Shown here piece after piece: positions 29,594 through 38,881 of a stretch of 64,000 bases of DNA. The stretch is from a virus: the IMG/VR virus record IMGVR_UViG_3300042691_023183, positions 1-64,000 of that record, one strand, 5' to 3'. Made by a program: the position numbers and the translations under genes. Within the stretch, counting starts at the first letter, position 1. Every line of letters starts with the position of its first letter. The notes below the pieces were generated by a model. That model was not told the DNA's origin, searched no databases, and saw nothing but the letters and a program-made list of their open reading frames with translations.

Positions 29594-30979
29594 ATGAGTG
29601 AAAACCATGTAATCGATAATTTGAAGAAGTTTGGTTCCGAATTCCAGATCAAGTGTATCTCCGGAATTCTCAGCGATAAGTCTTTCTTGGAAAGATTGTC
29701 GGATATCATTGATCCATCATCGTTCGAATCTGATGCCCATCAATGGATTGTAAAGCAGACCGTTGCATACTTTATGCAATATAAGGATTTGCCTACCCTT
29801 AATGTTTTTAAGATTAAGGTTGATAGTATTGAAAACTCAATTCTAAAAGAAGCAGTCGTTTCACAACTACGAAACGTATATCAAAAGATCACTGATAGTG
29901 ATCTCAAGTTCGTCAAGGAACAGTATTTGGAGTTCTGTAAGAGTCAGAAGCTCAAGAACGCTATTATTGATAGTGTTGAACATCTTAAGACTGGTAACTA
30001 CGAACAAGTCAAGGCACTGGTTGACAGTGCAATGAAGGCCGGTATGGAACGTAACATTGGTCATGACTATATGACTGAGGTTGACAAACGTATGAGTGTT
30101 ATGGCACGTAATACTGTTAAGACTAACTGGACCGAGGTTGATACTATCATGGATGGTGGATTGGCTGGCGGTGAACTTGGAATCATTACTGCTTGTGCGG
30201 GTAGTGGTAAGAGTTGGGTTTTGGCAAAGATTGGTGCTGAAGCCATGAAACAGGGAAAGAACGTTGTTCATTTTACTCTTGAGTTGAATGAAAACTACGT
30301 GGGTCTTCGTTATGATAGTTGTTTTACCGGAATTGATTTCCAAAACATTCGTAATAACGTTGATATCGTTCGTAAGAAGATTGAACAGGTTCCCGGTAAA
30401 CTGTTCATCAAGTACTTTCCAATCAAAACCGTCAGCGCACATCATCTAAAGATGCACACCGAACGTATTATGATGTTGGGAAGTAAGATTGACATGATTA
30501 TTGTCGATTACGCTGACATTCTACGTCCATATCAGAGTGAACGTAACAGCAACAGTTATAGTGAAGCTGGTGGTATCTATGAAGAACTTCGTAGTATTGC
30601 CGGTGAACTCCAAGTTCCTATTTGGAGTGCCTCACAAAGTAACCGTGCGGCTATGGATGAAGACATTATTCAGGCAAATAACATTTCTGATTCCTATCGA
30701 AAGATCATGACGGCAGACTTTGTTATGTCACTTAGCCGTAAAGTTACCGATAAAGTGGCGAATACTGCACGGTTTCACATCATTAAGAACCGTTTTGGAC
30801 CCGATGGTTTGACATTCCCAAGTCGAATGAATGCCGGATGTGGTGATATTCAGATTTATGCTGAAAACTCCAAGGATGGTGTGGCAATTCTCAATGAAAT
30901 GGGTGACAGTGAGAATCTTGTCAAGAAAGCATTGAGCAATAAATGGAATGCTCATATCAGTGATGGTGATGACGAGTGA
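29594..30979 (+). CDS. DnaB-like replicative helicase (T4 gp41-like)
   Basis: GGLAGGELGII.A.AGSGKS, FTLEL, IIVDYAD, WSASQSNR, IKNRFG. Confidence 0.9.
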   Translation: MSENHVIDNLKKFGSEFQIKCISGILSDKSFLERLSDIIDPSSFESDAHQWIVKQTVAYFMQYKDLPTLNVFKIKVDSIENSILKEAVVSQLRNVYQKITDSDLKFVKEQYLEFCKSQKLKNAIIDSVEHLKTGNYEQVKALVDSAMKAGMERNIGHDYMTEVDKRMSVMARNTVKTNWTEVDTIMDGGLAGGELGIITACAGSGKSWVLAKIGAEAMKQGKNVVHFTLELNENYVGLRYDSCFTGIDFQNIRNNVDIVRKKIEQVPGKLFIKYFPIKTVSAHHLKMHTERIMMLGSKIDMIIVDYADILRPYQSERNSNSYSEAGGIYEELRSIAGELQVPIWSASQSNRAAMDEDIIQANNISDSYRKIMTADFVMSLSRKVTDKVANTARFHIIKNRFGPDGLTFPSRMNAGCGDIQIYAENSKDGVAILNEMGDSENLVKKALSNKWNAHISDGDDE

Positions 30980-31076
30980 TAGTATGTTACGATCAAAAAA
31001 CGTAAAAAAAATTTATCAAAATGAACATCAACTGGAGGAATTTAGTAATACAAAATCATAGTTATTTTTTGTCTAT

Positions 31077-33374
31077 ATGAACAAAGAAATCTTTATCAAA
31101 AAAAGAGGAGGTGCATTGGAGAAATTCAATGCAGATAAAATCAATAAGGTGTTGCAATGGGCTACCGAAGGAATCAAAAATGTTTCGTTTGAAGAAGTTG
31201 CAATGAATGCACATCTGTCATTCTTCGATGGAATGACATCTGATAATATTCATATATCGTTGATCGAAGCGGCAGCACAACAGATCTCTGTTGAGAAGCC
31301 AAATTATCAATACGTTGCGTCACGTTTGTTGAATTATCAACTTCGTAAACGTGTTTGGGGTGGAAAGAATCCTCCAAAGTTGTATGATCTTGTTAAGACA
31401 AACATTGAGAAGTTTGTTTATGACGAACAAATCTTGGAATGGTATTCCAAGAAAGATTTCGATAAGCTGGATGAATATCTTAAGCATGATCGTGATCTTG
31501 ATTTTTCTTATGCTGGCATCAAACAGTTATGCGATAAGTACTTGATTCAAAATCGTAGTACCAAGGAGATTTATGAGACTCCACAGTTTGCATATATGTT
31601 GATTGCCATGACGTTCTTCAAGAACTATAAGGAGAATCGTTTGGAGTATGTCAAGAAGGCGTACAACTATTTCAGTAAACACAAGATCAATCTACCCACA
31701 CCAATTATGGCGGGTGTTCGTTCTGTCATGAAGAGTTACGCTTCATGTTCGTTGTTTACCGTCGATGATACTCTCAAGAGTATTTTCAGTAACAACAGCG
31801 CAGTTGGATATGCAACCGCAAGTCGTTATGGTATCGGACTCAATTTGTCACGTCTACGTGCTACAAATGCTCCAATTCGTAACGGTGAAGTGATTCATAC
31901 CGGTCCAATTCCGTTTGCCAAGGCGTTCGAATCAACTGTAAAGAGTTGTCATCAGAACGGTATTCGTGGTGGAAGTGCTACGGTCAACTTTGCGTGGTTC
32001 CATTATGATATCATGGAAATTTTGGTGTTGAAAAACAACGCTGGTACTGATGATAATCGTGTTCGTAAGTTGGATTATTGTATTGGTCTTGATAAGTTGA
32101 TCTTTGAACGATTCATGGAAAACAAGGAAGTTACTCTTTTCAGTTATCATGAGTGTCAGAGTCTTTGGAATCGATTTGGTTATGAAGATTTTAAGGAGAA
32201 GTACGAAAAGGCAGAGAACAACAAGAACATCAAGTTCAAGAAGACGGTTAAGGCACGGGATTTGATGATGCTTTTGGCAAAAGAGCGTCTTGAGACCGGT
32301 CGTATCTACACGATGTTTGTTGATCATGCCAATTCACATGGTAGTTGGGTTGACCAAGTTGATACCAGTAACCTTTGTCTTGAAGTGAATCATCCTTTGA
32401 TTCCTATTGAGGACGTTAACGATCCTAATGGTGAAATTGGAGTGTGTATTTTGGCAGCGGTTAATTGGTTGGAGATTACCTCGGATGATGAAATGAAGAG
32501 TGTTTGTGATGTTATTGTTCGAATGCTTGATTCATTGATTGATCACCAGAATTATTTTGTTCCGGCTGCTGAGAATTTTGCCAAGAAGCGTCGTAGTCTT
32601 GGAGTTGGTGTTACCAACTTGGCGGCTATTCTTGCCAGAGAGGGTGTAAAGTACTGGGATCCTGAGGCTCCTAATATTGCGGCTCGTTGGATGGAGAAGA
32701 TGAGTTATTATCTGATTGATGCAAGTGCTGAAATGGCCAAGGAATTTGGTAAGTGTGAAAAGTTTGATCGTACCAAGTTTAGTTCTGGCATTTTGCCAAT
32801 TGATACTTATAAGAAGGACGTTGATGAGTTCATTACTGAACCTCTTCATATGGACTGGGAAGGTTTGCGTGAAAAGATTAAACAATATGGAATGCGTCAT
32901 AGTACGTTGACTGCTTGTATGCCTGTTGAATCCAGCAGTGTTATTCAGAGTAGTACCAACGGAATTGAACCTCCACGTAGTTTGATTAGTCACAAGGGAA
33001 GTAAGACTAATATTCTACCTGTGGTTGTTCCGGGTGTGGAGAAATACAAAGACAATTACACCTTTGCGTTTGACATGCCTGATAATTCGGGATATCTTAA
33101 GGTAGCTGCGGCCATTCAGAAGTTTACTGATATGAGTATTAGTACCAACACTTATTATATTCCATCACGGTATCCCCAAAATAAGGTACCGGCTCAGGCA
33201 GTGATTATGGATATGATGTTGGCATATAAGTATGGATTGAAAAATCTGTATTATGCTAACACCGATGATGGCGATAAACAGACAGCAATGTCAGAAGATA
33301 AAGAGACTGTGAAGGTTGAACCTAAGATTGAAGGTGAACAGTCTGGTTGTACTAGCGGTGCATGTGCAATGTAA
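31077..33374 (+). CDS. nrdA: Ribonucleotide reductase class Ia alpha subunit with ATP cone
   Basis: N-term IKKRGG..E.FNADKI cone, ETPQ, LPTPIMAG, SCSL, SNLCLE, MPVESSS..STNGIEP, KNLYY, C-term CTSGAC; uninterrupted. Confidence 0.95.
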   Translation: MNKEIFIKKRGGALEKFNADKINKVLQWATEGIKNVSFEEVAMNAHLSFFDGMTSDNIHISLIEAAAQQISVEKPNYQYVASRLLNYQLRKRVWGGKNPPKLYDLVKTNIEKFVYDEQILEWYSKKDFDKLDEYLKHDRDLDFSYAGIKQLCDKYLIQNRSTKEIYETPQFAYMLIAMTFFKNYKENRLEYVKKAYNYFSKHKINLPTPIMAGVRSVMKSYASCSLFTVDDTLKSIFSNNSAVGYATASRYGIGLNLSRLRATNAPIRNGEVIHTGPIPFAKAFESTVKSCHQNGIRGGSATVNFAWFHYDIMEILVLKNNAGTDDNRVRKLDYCIGLDKLIFERFMENKEVTLFSYHECQSLWNRFGYEDFKEKYEKAENNKNIKFKKTVKARDLMMLLAKERLETGRIYTMFVDHANSHGSWVDQVDTSNLCLEVNHPLIPIEDVNDPNGEIGVCILAAVNWLEITSDDEMKSVCDVIVRMLDSLIDHQNYFVPAAENFAKKRRSLGVGVTNLAAILAREGVKYWDPEAPNIAARWMEKMSYYLIDASAEMAKEFGKCEKFDRTKFSSGILPIDTYKKDVDEFITEPLHMDWEGLREKIKQYGMRHSTLTACMPVESSSVIQSSTNGIEPPRSLISHKGSKTNILPVVVPGVEKYKDNYTFAFDMPDNSGYLKVAAAIQKFTDMSISTNTYYIPSRYPQNKVPAQAVIMDMMLAYKYGLKNLYYANTDDGDKQTAMSEDKETVKVEPKIEGEQSGCTSGACAM

Positions 33375-33386
33375 AATAATAAAACT

Positions 33387-34445
33387 ATGAAAACCGTACT
33401 AAACAAGAAGAACATTGATCAACTAAAGAACCCCATGTTTTTTGGTGATGATCTATCTCTTCAAAGATATGATCAGATCAAATATCAAAAGTTCTATGAT
33501 CTTTATGATCAACAACTGAACTTTTTCTGGAGACCGCAAGAGGTTTCTTTGGTAAAAGATATCAGTGACTATAAGGCTCTATCAGACGAAGAACGTTTTG
33601 TGTTTGATAGCAATCTTAAATTCCAAACGATGACTGATTCGATGTTGAGTCGAAGCATTCATGAGTTGATGAAATACGTTACAAATCCCGAGTTGGAGAT
33701 TTGTATGAATACGTGGTCGTTTTTTGAAACGATTCACAGCAACAGTTATACATATATTTTGAACAACGTCTATCCTGACGCTACTAAGTTCTTTAATAGC
33801 GTATTGGAAGATCCTGAAATTGTTAAACGTGCAACAGCTATCTCTGGAAAGTATGATCAACTGTTGGGCGGTGGTTCAGATGAACGTCAACGTTTGTATG
33901 ATGCTATTCTGGCCACTCAAATCACTGAAGGATTGATTTTCTATGTGAGCTTTGCATGTAGTTTTTACTTTGGTTACCGTGGAAAGATGGAAGGTAACTC
34001 AAAGATTATCAAGTTTATTAGTCGTGATGAAAACCTTCATGTTGCGATTACTCAAAACATTATGAAAAACTGGATGAATAATCCAGATGAAGGATTCCAA
34101 GATATTGTCAAGAAGAACGAAGATAAGGTTTATGCTGCCTATGAAATGGCAGTCAATGCTGAAAAGGATTGGGCCGATTATTTGTTCAGTAAGGGCAACT
34201 TGGTTGGATTGACATCTGAAAGTCTCAAACACTATATTGAATGGTTGGCTAATAACCGACTTTCAAGTTTGGGATATAAGAAGATTTATCCAAATGCCAA
34301 GAACAATCCGCTATCTGGATGGTTGGATAGTTATTACGACAGTAAAAAATTACAAGTTGCTCCTCAGGAAACTGAATTGAGTAGTTATGTAAAGGGTGTA
34401 GATAGTACAATCAATGAAGATAGTTTTGTTGGTTTCAAACTATAA
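33387..34445 (+). CDS. nrdB: Ribonucleotide reductase class Ia beta subunit
   Basis: FFWRPQEV, ETIHSNSY, EGLIFYVSF, RDENLH, QVAPQETE..SY. Confidence 0.95.
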   Translation: MKTVLNKKNIDQLKNPMFFGDDLSLQRYDQIKYQKFYDLYDQQLNFFWRPQEVSLVKDISDYKALSDEERFVFDSNLKFQTMTDSMLSRSIHELMKYVTNPELEICMNTWSFFETIHSNSYTYILNNVYPDATKFFNSVLEDPEIVKRATAISGKYDQLLGGGSDERQRLYDAILATQITEGLIFYVSFACSFYFGYRGKMEGNSKIIKFISRDENLHVAITQNIMKNWMNNPDEGFQDIVKKNEDKVYAAYEMAVNAEKDWADYLFSKGNLVGLTSESLKHYIEWLANNRLSSLGYKKIYPNAKNNPLSGWLDSYYDSKKLQVAPQETELSSYVKGVDSTINEDSFVGFKL

Positions 34446-34475
34446 ACACTATATATCAAAAGAAAGGAATAAATT

Positions 34476-34616
34476 ATGCCAAAGCCAACACCAACGCCAA
34501 CACCAAGTGGTACGGCCGGAACAAGCGGTTCCAAGCCAAAGCCAACTGGTACTCCAAAGCCAACGGGATCAGCTGGATCAAGCGGTTCTAGTGGGTCTAG
34601 TGGAAAGAAGCGTTAA
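34476..34616 (+). CDS. 46-aa Pro/Thr/Ser/Gly/Lys low-complexity peptide, absent from ORF track
   Basis: MPKPTPTPTPSGTAGTSGSKPKPTGTPKPTGSAGSSGSSGSSGKKR; SD-like AGAAAGGA at 34461, TATATAT at 34450, own terminator; synonymous codons vary across repeats. Confidence 0.7.
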   Translation: MPKPTPTPTPSGTAGTSGSKPKPTGTPKPTGSAGSSGSSGSSGKKR

Positions 34617-34635
34617 TAAAGTTAATAACGGTCAC

Positions 34636-34666
34636 AAGAACACCCTTTACTGGGTGTTCTTTTTTT
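34636..34666 (+). terminator. Intrinsic terminator
   Basis: AAGAACACCC-tttact-GGGTGTTCTT plus T run. Confidence 0.85.
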
Positions 34667-34704
34667 GTTGTTATATCTAATCTGTATATATTTATAGTCA
34701 TAAT

Positions 34705-35379
34705 ATGAAAATCGATCAATTGCGTACACTCATTTCTGAAGGAATCCAAGAAGTTCTTGCCGAACGAAAGAAGCGTTTGGATGAAAAAAACAAGATCTCT
34801 GGTCTTTTGAAGAAGCTTGTGATGGAAGTCATCGAAGAAAAGAGCGTAGAGTTCGATAAAACATGTTCACAAATTGCCGAAGAGTTGGACAAAGAGGCCA
34901 AGAAGATCAATAAGAGTTATAGTGTGACCAAAAATGACGCTGGTAATTTTGAATTGTGTGGATGTGACCCATACCACGTTCATGTACGTCCACGTTGGAA
35001 CAACAGTTTTGAAGTTTTGGCTTATAAAGACAAAACAGATCGTACCAAGAAGATTGGTTTGACCTATGACGAAGTAAAAGACTTTATCAAGTCATATTTG
35101 ACAAGTGATAAAGAAAACTATGTCAATTCCGCATATAATAAGGTTGCAGACAACAGTCTTGATAAGGAAAAGAAGAAGAAACAAGAGGACGGACCACAAA
35201 AGACTGATGAAAAAGTGGTTGATGCAGTTGAAAAGAAAGAAGATCTACCAGATCAGCCAATGCAAGATGTAAACCTTAAGAAGGTTGAAAAACAAGTTGA
35301 TCACTCTTTGAAGGGTGAAAAGGCCAAGTATAAGTTTCCTAAGCAAAAGGACGATGACTTGACTGTCAAATTTAAGTAA
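34705..35379 (+). CDS. Hypothetical charged protein, possible head-packaged protein
   Basis: MKIDQLRTLISEGIQEVLAE and a second LLKKLVMEVIEE motif; TATTTAT upstream. Confidence 0.6.
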   Translation: MKIDQLRTLISEGIQEVLAERKKRLDEKNKISGLLKKLVMEVIEEKSVEFDKTCSQIAEELDKEAKKINKSYSVTKNDAGNFELCGCDPYHVHVRPRWNNSFEVLAYKDKTDRTKKIGLTYDEVKDFIKSYLTSDKENYVNSAYNKVADNSLDKEKKKKQEDGPQKTDEKVVDAVEKKEDLPDQPMQDVNLKKVEKQVDHSLKGEKAKYKFPKQKDDDLTVKFK

Positions 35380-35433
35380 GTTGATCGAATACGGGTATAT
35401 CCGGTGAGGTCAAACTACTGTCGGATAAAACCT

Positions 35434-35742
35434 ATGAAAAGAATTATAATTAAATCATTACTTGTTGCGTCATTACTCAGTTCAGTAACGGTTAATGCCG
35501 GACATTTCAGTTGGGGAGTTTCAATTAACCTTGGATTTCCAGTATATTGTCCTCCGCCACAACCAGTAATCTATTCACCTGTGGTATATCACCCACAAGT
35601 GGTTGTGGTTCCTCAACCAATAGTTCGTCATGTTGTATATTCTCAACCAGTAGTTGTCGTTGCACCACCACCGGTGATTTACTATCCGGCACCGACAATT
35701 TGGGTTGGTGGTGGTCATCATCATCACGGTCATAGACGATAA
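35434..35742 (+). CDS. Secreted Pro/Val/Tyr-rich small protein with His-rich tail
   Basis: Signal peptide MKRIIIKSLLVASLLSSVTVNA, WGVSINLG, repeated PVVY/PVIY, ends GGGHHHHGHRR. Confidence 0.7.
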   Translation: MKRIIIKSLLVASLLSSVTVNAGHFSWGVSINLGFPVYCPPPQPVIYSPVVYHPQVVVVPQPIVRHVVYSQPVVVVAPPPVIYYPAPTIWVGGGHHHHGHRR

Positions 35743-35759
35743 AATCCATAGATTCCTCG

Positions 35760-35790
35760 AAAATCCGCTGATAAAAACAGCGGATTTTTT
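35760..35790 (+). terminator. Intrinsic terminator
   Basis: AAAATCCGCTG-ataaaaa-CAGCGGATTTT plus T run. Confidence 0.85.
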
Positions 35791-35820
35791 GTTGACTTTT
35801 TCTAGAACCGGTGTAGGATA
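35791..35820 (+). promoter_or_regulatory. Sigma70-like (early) promoter of AAA+ gene
   Basis: GTTGACTTTT-N7-CCGGTGTAGGATA (TTGACT-N16-TAGGAT); near-duplicate at 36797. Confidence 0.65.
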
Positions 35821-35837
35821 GTGAAAATTAAATATAT

Positions 35838-36788
35838 ATGAGCAATACCAAACTCACCTCCGTCAACGAAATCCTCAATTCCGCCGTGTCTATGAAGCCG
35901 GCCGATGTCATCATTTCGGATCTCAAGTGGAAGTACCTTGTTCGATCCGTTCTCTATGGTAAGAACGTCCTCATGATCGGACCCACCGGTTGTGGTAAGA
36001 CTCTTGCTGCGCAAACTGTTGCAAAAGTCTTTAATCGTCCTTTCTTCTACTTTAACATGGGTTCTACTCAAGATGCTCGTAGTGCCCTTATTGGCAATAC
36101 TCACTTTGAAAAGGATACCGGTACCATTTTCAGCGAGTCTACGTTTGTCAGGGCCATTCAGACTCCCAATGCAGTCATTCTTTTGGATGAAATCAGTCGT
36201 GCTCATCATGATGCTGCAAATATCATGATGACTGTCTTGGATACTCTTCAGCGTTATCTTCGATTGGATGAAAAGAAGGATAATGCCATCGTGAATGTTG
36301 CCAAGGGTGTGTGTTTTATTGGCACCGCAAACATTGGTAACCAGTATACCGCAACCCGTGTTATGGATCGAGCGTTGATGGATCGTTTTTCTGTCAAGAT
36401 TGAGATGGATTTCCTCGATAAGGAGTCTGAGATCAACTTGGTTGTTAATCGGTTCAAGATTGATACCAAGAACTCTGAATTGTTCAACACCATTTCTGCC
36501 ATTTGTGAGATTGCATCTCATACCCGTGATCAGTATCGTCAGGATGATGGTAAGATTACCAACTTTGTGTCTACACGTGCTGTGTGTGAGATGGCAGAAT
36601 TGGTTAAGGATGGATTTAACCTTCGTGAAATTGCGGAGAGTGCCATTTATCCAGAGTTTTCTGTTGATGGTGGTGTTGACAGTGAACGTACTTATATCAA
36701 ACAGGTTGTTCAAAAATATATTCCGGCTGAATCTACCAATTCTCCTTTGATGAATGATCCGCTCAAGAACACTCAACCTCCTTTCTAA
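35838..36788 (+). CDS. MoxR/CobS-like AAA+ ATPase
   Basis: GPTGCGKT, ILLDEISRA, IGTANIG..Y, MDRALMDRF, STR. Confidence 0.9.
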   Translation: MSNTKLTSVNEILNSAVSMKPADVIISDLKWKYLVRSVLYGKNVLMIGPTGCGKTLAAQTVAKVFNRPFFYFNMGSTQDARSALIGNTHFEKDTGTIFSESTFVRAIQTPNAVILLDEISRAHHDAANIMMTVLDTLQRYLRLDEKKDNAIVNVAKGVCFIGTANIGNQYTATRVMDRALMDRFSVKIEMDFLDKESEINLVVNRFKIDTKNSELFNTISAICEIASHTRDQYRQDDGKITNFVSTRAVCEMAELVKDGFNLREIAESAIYPEFSVDGGVDSERTYIKQVVQKYIPAESTNSPLMNDPLKNTQPPF

Positions 36789-36796
36789 AAAAAGTT

Positions 36797-36827
36797 GTTG
36801 ACTTTTGTATAATTCCGGTGTAGGGTA
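36797..36827 (+). promoter_or_regulatory. Sigma70-like (early) promoter of VWA gene
   Basis: GTTGACTTTT-N8-CCGGTGTAGGGTA (TTGACT-N17-TAGGGT); ATG 9 nt after the -10. Confidence 0.65.
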
Positions 36828-36835
36828 TTAACACA

Positions 36836-38854
36836 ATGAAACATGTACATTCCGAATTTTGGTTGGATGAATTTGATGACTTTGACTCAACCGTCGAGGT
36901 TGATGCTACAACTCGTCTTATTCGTCTGAACATGACTCGTAGGGCTGTTGCCAATTTTGTTAGTATCCTCACCGGAAAGAACATCCCTGTTATTTTTAGT
37001 GATAGTGGTGAAAACATGACCGATGGTAAGGTCGTGTATCTTTCTTCTGATATTGATCAACCAGAGGACTTTGATAGTCTGGTTGGATTGGCTCTTCACG
37101 AAGGTTCTCACGTGTTGTTGTCTGATTTTCGGTTGGTGGTTGATCTGTGGCAGAATATTCCTCGTAGTCTTTATAACATTGCTGAACCAAAGGGTTTTTC
37201 CAAGACTGATGTGGCGTCTTTTCTCAAGACTGTCCTCAACGTTATTGAGGATCGTTATATTGATCAGTTTGTGTATAAGAATGCTCCGGGTTATCGTGGT
37301 TATTATTTGGCACTGTACGATAAGTTCTTCAACAACAAGAGCATTGACATGATGCTCGAATCACAGATGTATCGTAGCGCTACTCTTCAGTCGTATGAAG
37401 CTCGGTTGATTAACTTGACCAACAAGAATACTGATCTGGATGCGTTGCCTGATTTCCGTAATATTGCCGAATTAATTGGTATTTCCACTATTGACCGATT
37501 GGTTACGCCTCAGGATCGTCTTAATGTGGCTATTAAAGTCTGTGAACTGATTTTCAAGAACATTGATGCTGACCAACAAAAGTCAGAGGATGGTTCTTCA
37601 AAGACTGGAAAAGGATCCGGTGAAAATGCCACTGTTGTTATTGTCCCAGAAGATGATGTTATTGGAGGCACTTCTACATCGGTCACTTCTTCTACAATCA
37701 ATTCTGATGAAGTCACTAAGAAGGCTAATGAACAAAGTGGTGTTTCAAAGTCAAAACGTGATGCTGTGGATCGTGCTTTGAAGAAACAAAAGATCTTTGT
37801 TTTGGGTAACATTAAGAAGTCGAAGATTTCGGCTACTCAAAAGAAGATTCTTGATAGTTTGGAAAACGCAGGTGTTACTATTGTTAACGTTGGAAATCAA
37901 CTTGGCGACAATACTCCTATTACTGCTGGTGTTGACTGTATTGTTGTCAAGAATTTTACCCGTGACTTGATTTTTTCTGATATTTGTCCTTGTACACAAT
38001 ACGATGATAAAAAGAATCCCACCTCGGAGACCAAGATGGCAGTTGAACGGGGTGTTCAACTTGGTGTTTTGCTTGGAAAACGTTTGAGTATTCGTAGTGA
38101 GATTAATACTACGAAGTATATGCGTAAGTCTGTTGGCAAAATTGATCGACGTGTTTTGTCTGAATTGGGATTTGACAATGACAACGTTTTCTATAGAATT
38201 GAAACTGACTTGTATAAGAAGGCGTTCATTCATATTTCAGTTGATGCTAGTGCAAGTATGCAGGGTAAAAAGTGGAATAATACCATAACTTGTGTCACTG
38301 CAATTTGTAAGGCAGCGTCTATGATTTCGAACATTCGGGTTAGTGTAAGTGTTCGTACTACCAGTATGAGTTCCGGTCATCCTTATATTGCTATGGTTTA
38401 CGATTCTGCTAAGGATTCATTTGCCAAGGTGATTAATCTGTTTCCGTATTTGGGTCCAAGTGGAAGTACACCAGAAGGTCTTTGTTTTGAGGCAATTATG
38501 AATATGTTGAAAGACTGTGGAGAAAACGAGGATTATTATTTCCTTAATTTCTCTGATGGCGAACCGGCATATTGTTATAATTCTCCAAAGGTTGGACAGT
38601 TTATCCATTATTCTACCGATAATGGGGCAAAACACACTCGTAAACAAGTTGGTAAGATTCGTGAGAAGGGATACAAGGTGTTGGCATATTACATTACCGA
38701 AAGTAAAACTCTAAAGAGACTTGGTGAATTTAATAGTTTTAACGTTTTTAAGACGATGTACGGTAAAGATTCTCGGTACATTGATGTAACGAATATCGTT
38801 AGCGTTGCTAAGACGATGAATGAAATGTTTTTGAACAGTAACAGTAAAGTTTAA
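36836..38854 (+). CDS. CobT-like protein: N-terminal HExxH metallopeptidase-like domain plus C-terminal VWA domain
   Basis: TDGK, ALHEGSHV, NVIEDRYI, GKID, MIDAS VDASASM, GSTPEG, FSDGEP. Confidence 0.85.
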   Translation: MKHVHSEFWLDEFDDFDSTVEVDATTRLIRLNMTRRAVANFVSILTGKNIPVIFSDSGENMTDGKVVYLSSDIDQPEDFDSLVGLALHEGSHVLLSDFRLVVDLWQNIPRSLYNIAEPKGFSKTDVASFLKTVLNVIEDRYIDQFVYKNAPGYRGYYLALYDKFFNNKSIDMMLESQMYRSATLQSYEARLINLTNKNTDLDALPDFRNIAELIGISTIDRLVTPQDRLNVAIKVCELIFKNIDADQQKSEDGSSKTGKGSGENATVVIVPEDDVIGGTSTSVTSSTINSDEVTKKANEQSGVSKSKRDAVDRALKKQKIFVLGNIKKSKISATQKKILDSLENAGVTIVNVGNQLGDNTPITAGVDCIVVKNFTRDLIFSDICPCTQYDDKKNPTSETKMAVERGVQLGVLLGKRLSIRSEINTTKYMRKSVGKIDRRVLSELGFDNDNVFYRIETDLYKKAFIHISVDASASMQGKKWNNTITCVTAICKAASMISNIRVSVSVRTTSMSSGHPYIAMVYDSAKDSFAKVINLFPYLGPSGSTPEGLCFEAIMNMLKDCGENEDYYFLNFSDGEPAYCYNSPKVGQFIHYSTDNGAKHTRKQVGKIREKGYKVLAYYITESKTLKRLGEFNSFNVFKTMYGKDSRYIDVTNIVSVAKTMNEMFLNSNSKV

Positions 38855-38881
38855 CAATTAACAAGAAAGGAAATATATAAC

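Noticed and set aside
29867-30445. 192-aa antisense ORF in the helicase and similar shadows in nrdA, VWA and sheath genes
   Set aside because: Fully nested opposite conserved genes, no domain signal or expression signals.
27263-34445. Introns or inteins in recA, helicase, nrdA, nrdB
   Set aside because: All have normal lengths and contiguous motifs.
34446-34461. ACACTATATATC resembling half an NrdR box
   Set aside because: Downstream of nrdB, not palindromic or paired; better explained as the TATATAT late-motif variant.
34414-34680. 88-aa ORF-track call overlapping nrdB end
   Set aside because: Runs through a terminator; the 46-aa ORF at 34476 has the SD and coherent composition.
35802-36776. 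324-aa antisense ORF spanning the AAA+ gene
   Set aside because: Codon-register mirror of a well-supported gene, no recognisable motifs; explained by codon bias of the sense strand.
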